From Callorhinchus milii (lineage: Eukaryota): DNA of 64,000 nt. The notes under the pieces are model-generated. The model saw only the letters and a list, made by a program, of their open reading frames with translations, made no database searches and was not told the origin of the DNA. Position 1 is the first letter of the stretch. Each line of letters starts with the position of its first letter. Location: positions 52,578,001 through 52,642,000 of the forward strand of contig NW_024704742.1 in the NCBI RefSeq assembly GCF_018977255.1, read 5' to 3'. The position numbers were made by a program, and so were the translations under genes. Positions 1-9,400 of the stretch are shown piece after piece.

Positions 1-59
1 AGTGTGTGCACATTGGCTGCCACAAGTGACCCGAGCTGCTTCCCCAAGATGTTCCTAAC

Positions 60-316
60 CCCGTCCCCTTCCCTCCACTAATCCCGCTCAACCCTCCTCT
101 CCCTCCGCCTGCCCTGACTTTTATCCCTCTTTGACTCCTTTGTGTCCCGCCTCAAAACCCTCCTCTTCGACCATACCGTTGGTCACCCACCTTCTCCTCC
201 CCTTCCTTCTCCCTCACTGACCCCAGCTCGGGTCTGAAATGCTGTACACTGTCCAGCGCCATGGGACTTCCTCCCAACGTGAAAGGCGCTATACAAATAT
301 AATCTTGTTGTTGTTA
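60..316 (+). mobile_element. L2-clade LINE 3' end
   Basis: Shared tail cagcgcc..gggac..cctcccaacgtgaaaggcgctatacaaat..(ttg)n, seen in many copies in the window. Confidence 0.75.
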
Positions 317-521
317 TATGGTTAATGTTTGTTATTGTCTTGAATTAGGTCAGTTTAAATTCATTCTGTACATCATTTTTAATCGTCATGCAGTAATTAG
401 CTGTTTTAGTTACAAAACAAAATATGAAAAAACAACTGGATGTTCAGCTAAGGTTGAATCTATAAAACATTAGTTTTGTGTTTCTGTTTTAAGTTTTACG
501 TATTTGTCCTCTTTTGTACAG

Positions 522-653
522 TTTACAAAATTCAAGATTTACTGGTGCAGTACCGGTGGTATCATGTAGCTGGATTAACACTGTTTTTTTGGGCAACGGT
601 TCATCATCACAAGAGTCACATTATACTGGCCAGTCTCCGAAAGAACAAATTAG
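522..653 (+). CDS. SRD5A3: SRD5A3 penultimate coding exon (132 nt)
   Basis: ttttgtacag|TTTACAAA ... AAATTAG|gtaaaa. Confidence 0.9.
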
Positions 654-1151
654 GTAAAATCTTTGGGTATTTTTCATGTGTTTTTGTAAGTTAGTATTTT
701 GTGACTTCAGGATTGCATTGAATATTTGCAAACTTAAAAATGTTGCTTACCTTTGCTCTTAATTAATGATTGTGGAACTCGTGCATTTGTAACTTAAATT
801 AGTTTTATCATCATACAATGGCTGTTGTTTAACTTGAAAAATGTTAGATACAATTACACTAAGGCACGTTTCCTGTTTTTGTTGGCTATAGGTGAAGTTG
901 TTAACCTGAGTCACAGAGTTCCTCACGGCGACTGGTTTGAACAGGTCTCCTGCCCACACTACCTGGCAGAGCTGCTGATCTACCTTGCTCTGGCCATGGT
1001 GTTTGGAGGACGACATCTTACTTGGTGGTCTGTAGTGCTGTATGTGTTGTCCAGCCATGCAATGATGGCAGTCCAAAGTCATGAATTTTATGTCAACAAA
1101 TTTGAGAATTACCCCAAAAATCGCAAAGCGTTCATACCTCTTATATTTTAG
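522..1151 (+). CDS. SRD5A3: Polyprenol/polyprenal reductase (steroid 5-alpha-reductase 3), 3' part; last two coding exons 522-653 and 892-1151
   Basis: The exons translate to ..LLVQYRWYHVAGLTLFFWATVHHHKSHIILASLRKNKLG / EVVNLSHRVPHGDWFEQVSCPHYLAELLIY...YPKNRKAFIPLIF*, the steroid-reductase C-terminus. AG/GT boundaries are in matching phase 1. The position upstream of TMEM165 matches vertebrate synteny. Confidence 0.95.
892..1151 (+). CDS. SRD5A3: SRD5A3 last coding exon
   Basis: ggctatag|GTGAAGTT; GDWFEQVSCPHYLAE motif; TAG stop at 1149-1151. Confidence 0.95.
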
Positions 1152-1202
1152 TTTTGTTTTTCTACATCTACATCTTTTTTATCTGCACATTTTTATCTAA
1201 AA

Positions 1203-1208
1203 AATAAA
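1203..1208 (+). terminator. Candidate proximal polyadenylation signal of SRD5A3
   Basis: AATAAA about 50 nt after the stop, followed by T/GT-rich sequence. Confidence 0.45.
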
Positions 1209-2544
1209 TTGACAAACATTTTTGTTTTCTTTGTACGATCTTTTCCTGAGGTCATATTGCCATCTACAGTAATTGGTTGAAGAGATTTTTAATGCCTTCA
1301 TATGCGAAGCAGCAAACCTTAAGGAACTTGTACAATGGCTAAAATTGGTGAGCTAACCTTTAACTTGCTGGTAACAGATTCCACGTTATTGTTTGTGGTT
1401 TCCAATGCTGTGATGATAATGTGGAAGTTAAATGAAAGGCAGTTTTCAGATAGACACCAAGATGATTATACAGATGGTAATCAACCGCTGGAACAGATTA
1501 CCAGGAAGGTGGTTAGAAAGATTTTGATGCTATAATTGGAAGATGGAATAGTTAGTATTCCAGAAAGATGAGATCCAAATCTTTCTTGTGAAAAATGAAA
1601 TTAGAAGAGGTCATTCAGACCAACAAGCCTGATACCTCATGTGGCGATGTATGATTTGTCTTATCATGAATTCCATTTGATCTTCTCAATCTTCCAAGGG
1701 AAGAAAACCACAATTAAACATCCAGAAAAGATGAACCTTTTTTAATGTTTGTTTAGCTTCCAGGAGCAATCTAGCAAAACTATTATTTTGTGACAGTTCA
1801 CTACTGTGATTCGCATCACTCTCTGAACTGAAAGTAAATGTTCAATATTCTAGACTTTGTTTTAGTTAAGATAAGTTGTCCTAATTCACATAGACTGACC
1901 CAATTATAAGGGTGTGGCTTGGGTCCATGAACTCATAACTGATAATGGATATGCTATAAAAATGGTCCCCAATCAGCAGTTCGAGATAATTACGGCTTAA
2001 ATAAAATTTCAAATAAAAGTGGTCATTCATTTTATGGCTGTCTGTGGGACATTGCTGAACAAAATTGGCTGCTGTGTTTTCCTACAAATATGGTCACAGT
2101 AAATCCTTGAAGTGCTTTGAGACATCTCAACAAGGTGATAAGGCACTATATAAAACACAACTTTTATTATGCAGTAGCTTACAAAATATACAATCAATAC
2201 ACTTTACAGTAGCAACAACAACTTGAATTTATATAGTGCCCTTCACGCAGGGTAGTATTTTGGAGCGCTTAAATCCTGTGAAGCGCTTGAAAATGTCCTC
2301 TAATTCTATATTAAAAGGATTATTATTACAATATTAGTACAAGTTTCAATGATTTTCTTGAGATGCAATTCCTTTTTACAATTTAAAAATTGCAAATATT
2401 TGTAGTCACAATGGCACACTTTGATATCACCCATTTATAGCAATCCACCAACCAGTATAATTAGAGGGAAGTAGTGCTGATGTAACTGTTTCCTTACAGA
2501 TATGTGACCTCAGTCCTGACAGGACTATTGGATTACTGCTATCG

Positions 2545-2960
2545 GGATATACTGGATATGTTAGGCCTTTTTCACTGGAGAGGTGATGTTTCAAGGGGAA
2601 AATAATAGAGGTGTTCATGATTATAAAATGGTTCAATAAGGCTAGCATAACTAGGCTGTTTCTACTTGTTGGGAGTCCATAACCAGGGGATATAAGTATA
2701 AGATAGTGGTTAGGGGATCAAAAAGATAATTTAGGAAGAACTAATTCACACAGAGGTGAGAATATGGAACTTGTTGCCTGAAGTAGTAGCTGAATCAGAT
2801 AGTATAGATGCATTTAAGAGGAAGGTAGATATATACACGAGAGAGAATGAAATAGAAGGGCATGGGAGGGAGTAAGTAGTGGGTGTAGAGTCTAAATACT
2901 GGCACAGATGAGTTGGAGCAAATGGCCTGTTTCCTTGCTGTACAATCTATGTAAATCAAT
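2545..2960 (+). mobile_element. CR1 LINE 3' fragment
   Basis: Degenerate similarity to the other CR1 3' ends here (15570-16010, 48540-49520). Confidence 0.6.
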
Positions 2961-3154
2961 GTAAACATCTTAAAATAATTGGTCAATTAGTTTCTATCCA
3001 TGCAAAGAAGTTTCTATTTTTCAAAACCATACTGCAATAATTTAAGCAATATAATTTTAAAATATCTAGCAGTTTTAAGAACACAAAATGTGGAATAACA
3101 AAAGTGCTAGTATTCTACACCACTGGGTGACAGGCCATACTATATATGTTTAAT

Positions 3155-3465
3155 AAATAATAATACTACTTGCATTTGATATAGCACCTAATCACGTCTA
3201 CGACATCTCAAGGTGTTTTACAGAATATACTGTGAAGTGAATTCACTGTATATTTTGTCAGCAAAACACAGCAGCCAATTGCGCACAGCAGTGTCCCACA
3301 AACAGTTGTGGATTTAGTGACCCAAATTTTTTTTAAAAGGGATTATAACCCCCGGAAAGCAATTTGCCAATTGACTAACAACCGGGTTCCTATTTACTAC
3401 TAGGTAAACAAAGGCATGTGGAGTAAGGAAACTTGTCTAAGGTTTCGCCCTGCCTGGGAATCGAG
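3155..3465 (-). mobile_element. tRNA-derived SINE copy
   Basis: (taa)n-cttgcatttgatatagc tail and body shared with the copies at 5229-5579, 55322-55646 and 57251-57620. Confidence 0.8.
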
Positions 3466-4102
3466 CCTGCTTACATTAATACGGTACAATACACCAGACT
3501 GTATCTTTAGACTATAGAGTCTAAAGAAAGTCTTTAGACTATATATAGTTTAGACTAGAACAGTTTTATTTTAGACTTATATACTAGAATAATTTAGACT
3601 ACATCTTTACAACTGGGTCCCAGGCCATTCATAGCTTCAAACTCATTCAAATCCATGGCTTCAATCACACGCAATGGAAACTGTCCGTTCCAGGAAATAA
3701 CATATCTAATGTTACAATCTATTATCTTTTACTTTGGCAATCCTGATTGAACTTTCTTATCCACATTATTGGCTGTTAAACTGCAGATCTCATTGTCATA
3801 ACCATTGATTATAGTTTTATTCAGACAATATTAAGGAAAAAATGTCACCTCAGAAGTGAAAAATAAGTTTGTATAATTGTTATAATAATAATAATAATCC
3901 TTGCATTTGATATAGCGCTTTTCACATCTTCTCGATGTCTCAAAGCGCTTCACAGAATAGACTGTAAAGTGAATTGACCGTATATTTGTGGGCAAAATTT
4001 TTGTACGTTTTGCATTAATTTCCATATTCTAACAAGATGACAATGTCTGGTCTGCTCCTCCAAGCCCTGCTGACAAACCAGTCTGTCGTCATCATTGATT
4101 GC

Positions 4103-4250
4103 AACAACAACAAAATTACATTTGTATAGCGCCTTTCACGTTGGGAGGACATCCCAAGGCACCGGATAGACAGAGTTACGTACCCGAGCTGGGGGTCAGA
4201 GTGGGGGAGGGTGGAGGGTAAGCAGGGAAATCGAAAGCACGGTCGAAGAG
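4103..4250 (-). mobile_element. L2 3' end
   Basis: (aac)n..catttgtatagcgcctttcacgttgggagg. Confidence 0.75.
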
Positions 4251-4636
4251 GAGCAGATTGCAAAAAAAATGTTTCTATTTTTCAAAACCATACTGCAATA
4301 CTTAATTTTTTTAAGCAATTTTTTTAAGATTGCCATATTGTACAGCCATCTATCTGAGGAACTGGGCTATGGAGACCCCCACAGAGGGTCTAAAATAAAT
4401 TCCAATATCACTTAAAGCCAACTTAGCAGCAAGGAAATCAGCTTATGTCTCTTCCCCCACCCCCCAACCCAAGAAGGATAGTCATTCGATAAATGAGTGC
4501 TGATTTGAGCCTCACTAGGTGCATAGCAGGTACCAAGAACTCTTTGTGAGACTCTTGAATGAGCAGCACAGATCAGTATAAAATGCATGAGAACATTGCC
4601 ACCATCTTTATACCCCCAGCTTGACACACATCCCTC

Positions 4637-5025
4637 ACAATCCTTGCATTTGATATAGCGCCTTATATCGTCGAGAAGTCTCAAAGGATATACTGTAACA
4701 TGGATTGACTGTGTGTTTTGAGGAGCAGTATTGCCTGCAACAATGTCTCACAGTGAATTACCATTTTATTTGGGCAATTTGTTGGCCGGGACACCGGAGA
4801 ATACTCCTTTCTCTTTTCAACCCATGGGATCTTTAATATCCATTTAAACAGGCAGACTGAACCTCAGTGTCTCAACCAAAGAAAGGCACCTCCAACAATG
4901 CAGCACTCCCCCAGCACTTTGTTGGAGTGTCAGCTTTGACGGATTCCAAGTTGTGACATGGGGCTTGATCTCACAAACTTTTGACTCAGAGGTGAAAGTC
5001 CTACCACTGAGTCATGCTGACACAC
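4637..5025 (-). mobile_element. Older SINE with Deu-like core
   Basis: Same tail, plus core aaaggcacctccaacaatgcagcactccc and a tRNA-like head. Relatives at about 19260-19630 and 52020-52400. Confidence 0.55.
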
Positions 5026-5228
5026 ATCCTACCCATTTGATCAATGGTTATGACAATAATAATCCTTACCTTTGATATATTGCCATATCACGTCATTGAG
5101 ACATCTCGCAGCACTTCACAAAATGCAACAATTTACATTTATATGTGCCTTTCATAGGATAATATCTCAGAGTGCTTTAAAGTATAGTGACTGTATTTTA
5201 TTGGTAAACATGGCAGTCCATTTGTATA

Positions 5229-5579
5229 CAATAATAATCCTTGTTTTTGATATAGCGCCTTATCTAATCTTCGAGACATCTCAAAGCGCTTCACAGATTA
5301 TACTGTAAAGTGAATTGATTGTATATTTTGTGGGCGAAACAAGGCAGACAATTGCACACAGCAGTGTCCCACGAACAGTCGTGGATTTAGTGACCAATTT
5401 ATTCTTTTCTTTAAGGAATTATTGCCCCCAGAAAGCGATCCACCAATCGACTAACAACCAGGTTCCTACTTAACTGCTAAGTAAACAGGCGTGTGGAGTA
5501 AGTAAACTTGCCTAACGTTTCGAACCCAGGTCTCCCACTTGTGAGCTGAGTGCTATAATCACTGAGTTTTAGGACTCCA
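5229..5579 (-). mobile_element. Full-length tRNA-derived SINE
   Basis: Head with A/B-box-like motifs at 5520-5579, body, L2-like tail and (tta)n. Confidence 0.85.
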
Positions 5580-6291
5580 CATAATGTCCTTCCTATTGAC
5601 GCGAAATTAATGACCAATTTTATTTGATGGATTGTTGGCTAGGATTCTGGGAGAAATTCCCTTCTCTTTTTATGCGGTTGGAAGTACAGAGTTTTGCCAA
5701 GAAAAATATAGTCAATTCATCGTACAGTGTATTCCGTGAAGCACTTTGAGACGTTTTGAAGACGTGATAAGGTGCTATATCAAATGCAAGGATAATTATT
5801 AGCGTCTCTCTGCAATACGGATCAAGGTGGATTCCAAACCCTGGATGTATGAACATGTGTGCAGAAACAAGGGCTGCTCCCAGGTATCATCTTGTAGCTG
5901 CTGTGGGCAGGACCTGCAGTGCAGGTGTGCTGAGCCCAGGGCATTGACCAGCTGGGAGGAGGACAACCTCCGCACATGCGCACAGAACGCGCCGCTCTGG
6001 CGCAGGCGCATGGAAGGCTTCTGCTCGTAAAATTCGGACGTCACAAGAACAGCCACAACCTAACCTGGAGTGTTGACCGTCACCTGACTGGCAGGTACCG
6101 GCGCCAATCAAGCGCCAGCTCTGGTGCAGGAAGGCATTCCTGCCTCCAATCGGCAGCAGGGAAGTGGGCGGAACCGTGAAGTCGCGTTCGGTTGACGTGT
6201 AGGGGCGGTTGGCTATGGCGGTGGGCAAAGCTGAGTGAGCGGCGTCTTCTTCCTTCCCTCAGTCCCGGTGCCCGTCCGACTCTTCTCACTG

Positions 6292-6312
6292 TCTCTCTCT
6301 CTCTCTCTCTCT
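6292..6312. repeat. (CT)n microsatellite in the TMEM165 5' UTR
   Basis: tctctctct... immediately upstream of the ATG. Confidence 0.85.
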
Positions 6313-6334
6313 GTCTGACCGCTTCTTCGCCATC

Positions 6335-6484
6335 ATGTCCGGGCGGCGGTGCCCTCCCCCGGAGAGAGCGGCGGCTGCTCTGGCCGCGGCTTTCCTGCTG
6401 TGTTGCGCGGTGGCCAGTGTGGCCGGTATCCCGGAAGAGGAGAGGAGGCCGGTCAAAGCCGAGGCCGGGCTGCAGGTACAGCAG
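6335..6484 (+). CDS. TMEM165: TMEM165 coding exon 1
   Basis: gccatcATGT start; [31 protein letters not shown] hydrophobic leader; two in-frame donors, CAG|gtacag (6475) and CAG|gtgcgg (6484). Confidence 0.8.
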
Positions 6485-9400
6485 GTGCGGGGAGGGCGCC
6501 ATGGCCTCCGGGAGCCGGGGTCTGCGGCAGGGGTCAGTCCACCAGAGTCTGGGGTCAGTCCACCAGAGTCTGGGGTCAGTCCACCAGAGTCTGGGCTCAG
6601 TCCACCAGAGTCTGGGCTCAGTCCACCAGAGTCTGGGCTCAGTCCACCAGAGTCTGGGGTCAGTCCACCAGAGTCTGGGGTCAGTCCACCAGAGTCTGGG
6701 CTCAGTCCACCAGAGTCTGGGGTCAGTCCACCAGAGTCTGGGGTCAAATGAGCAGAGTCTGGGGTCGAATGAGCAGAGTCGGGTCGAATGAGGGGTCGAA
6801 TGACCAGAGTCTGGGGTCAGTCCACCAGAGTCTGGGCTCAGTCCACCAGAGTCTGGGCTCAGTCCACCAGAGTCTGGGCTCAGTCCACCAGAGTCTGGGC
6901 TCAGTCCACCAGAGTCTGGGCTCAGTCCACCAGAGTCTGGGGTCAGTCCACCAGAGTCTGGGGTCAAATGAGCAGAGTCTGGGGTCGACCAGAGTCTGGG
7001 GTCAGTCTGGGGTCGAATGACCAGTGGTCTGGGGTCGAATGACCAGGGTCTGGGGTCGAATGACCAGTGGTCTGGGGTCGAATGACCAGTGGTCTGGGGT
7101 CGAATGACCAGTGGTCTGGGGTCGAATGACCAGTGGTCTGGGGTCGAATGACCAGTGGTCTGGGGTCGAATGACCAGTGGTCTGGGGTCGAATGACCAGT
7201 GGTCTGGGGTCGAATGACCAGTGGTCTGGGGTCGAATGACCAGTGGTCTGGGGTCGAATGACCAGTGGTCTGGGGTCGAATGACCAGTGGTCTGGATGAG
7301 AACTAACTTTGCAGCTGAACATGGATAAAATGAAAGCCGTGCTCCTTGGATCCATCAGGATCTTCTCACCTGTAGTTCTCAACTCCTTAACGTTTTTTGC
7401 CCATCCCTCAGTTGGAAGGGGAGGAGGTTGAGACAGCAGGTGGTGGGTTTCATTGTGGTGATGGTGGAGAGAGGGAGGAAGGAGAGATGGGGGCAAATGA
7501 TTGTAAGATGGGGGCCACGGTAGGAGCTGAGGGCAGGGTGCGTGAGGGAGACGGAATGGGGGTGGTGGTAGGCAACACGGGGCAGAAGGATGAAGCTGCC
7601 AGGGGGATGTTGTAAATTTTAGCAGTAAGGAAGTCTATGACCTCTTCGCACTTGGCGTTAGATGTGATGATTGAGAGTGCTTGAGGGGTCACACGGAGGA
7701 GGTGGTGGGTGGTGGAGAATAGAATTTTGAAGTTATTGTGGGCCTCCAGTATGATGTTTGAGTAGTGCGCAGTTTTTGCTTGTGACAGGGAGCAGCAGTA
7801 GGTGTGAAGATGCTTGAGCCACAGTGAGTCACTAGTATTGGAGAGGAGCTTTGCCATACTTCGTGCAAAAAAAGCGGACCAGCTTGCTTCCCTGCTAAAT
7901 CTTTAGTACATGCCAGCATTTTATGTATTACAACTCCGACTTAATTTAAGGCTTTGGGTGTCGTCAAAATATATGCTTGTTTCCATTAAATATTGGAAAG
8001 TTATGTTGAGAAGTGCGTATTTTAAATTTGTTAATATAAACAGAATACAAGTTTTGTTCTCCTAACTCGAGAAGCCCAGACTCTAATCACTGAACCATTG
8101 GGTATAAAATACCAAGCTCAGTGACAGATACTAATGTAGAGGCAGCGGATTTGGTAAGAGTTGTAGAAACCTGGAAGTAAGAGTAGACTCATTTTCAGTT
8201 TGACATATCCTCCAAGGTGACATGTTTGGCAACGCAATGTCAGAATGGAGCTCACTCTCTGTGGAGGTCTCGGCAATCCAGTCCCTGAGCCAGGGCACTG
8301 CTGCTGACAACACGGCCAGCCAGCCTGGCTCATCGACACAACTTCGAAGGACAGACCAGTCACTAGGGACAGGGACTCTTCCCACTCAGCTCTTGTTAAC
8401 CCTGCAAGCCAGGGCCCTAATGGATAGAGTGGTCCTTGTTGGACAAGCAGTGAGAAAGCTCGCCAGACAATGTTTTAATGGCATACTGTGCAGTTTTAGC
8501 TGGTTATACTCCAGCAGTACCACAGTGTACACTCTGAGGTCCCAAGCCTTGGATCTTGCAAATCTGTGCCTAATACTCTCCAGAATTAGGTAAGCAGGAT
8601 ATGTCCCTCCAGGGAAAGAGTGTGCATTCCCTTCCATTAATATCTCTGGATGACGAAGTAGGATTCATGGAACTCTGTTTGGTTTGCATATTCTTAAGCA
8701 CAGTGAAGGTTTTAGGTATGCATCACATCCAGCTGACCAGAAAAAAGTATGGCAAAGCTCCTCTCCAATATCAAGTTAACTTTATTCCTCTTTGTATTGT
8801 CTCTGTGACCTGGATGGCTTGCTGTTTGTCACAATGATCAAAAATGTACACAGTGTGCCTGGTTCAACCTGACCAGAATGACAGTACAGTTTCAGCCTGC
8901 CATCTATGACTTCTGATCTGTCAGTGTAGCGTGGCATGCGCACACTTTGGTTTTTTGCTTCCTCACAGCATGACTCGTGTTTCCTATTATGAAAGCCTCC
9001 CCCATACTTGGTTAATTTCCAGCCGCCCTTCTCGTGAGAAACCTTCTGTTTACTTTTGCCTTATTTATACTACAATATTTGGATCAATGCTCTTGTAACG
9101 TATTTTGGATTATGTGTATGTTTGAATCTTATTTCCTAGTTTGTAGAGTAGAATCGTTCTTAAACCTTAATCAGTTTGAATAAGTTGTCTGTATCAATTT
9201 TGCACACTTCTTAGTTCACCTTGAAATCCCTTTTCCAACAAGATCGACTTAAACCTTTCTACCTTTAGTCGCTAGGATCTGATATCTTTATTGCCCTGTC
9301 ATACACTCACAAGGGCAATAGTTTTCCTTCTCAAGTAAGATGATCAAACTTGTACACAAATCGATATCTAACCTTATAGAACCTGTGCAGAAAGCTCTGC

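Larger units (their letters stand above)
5950..6530 (+). promoter_or_regulatory. CpG-island promoter / first exon region of TMEM165
   Basis: GC- and CpG-rich island in an AT-rich background. NRF1-like CGCACATGCGCA 5971-5982 and GCGCAGGCGCA 6000-6010; GTCACCTGAC 6079-6088; CCAAT 6104-6108 and 6146-6150; GC boxes 6166-6171 and 6202-6208; TGACGTG 6193-6199. Confidence 0.8.

Noticed and set aside
6530..7295. CRISPR-like appearance of regular short repeats
   Set aside because: Units are contiguous with no unique spacers, there are no cas genes, and the context is vertebrate.
6080..7496. Long overlapping ORFs with repeated peptides (PDSGGLS, QSLGSVH, WWTDPRL)
   Set aside because: These are translations of a stop-poor minisatellite. 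Only 6335-6484 is real coding sequence.
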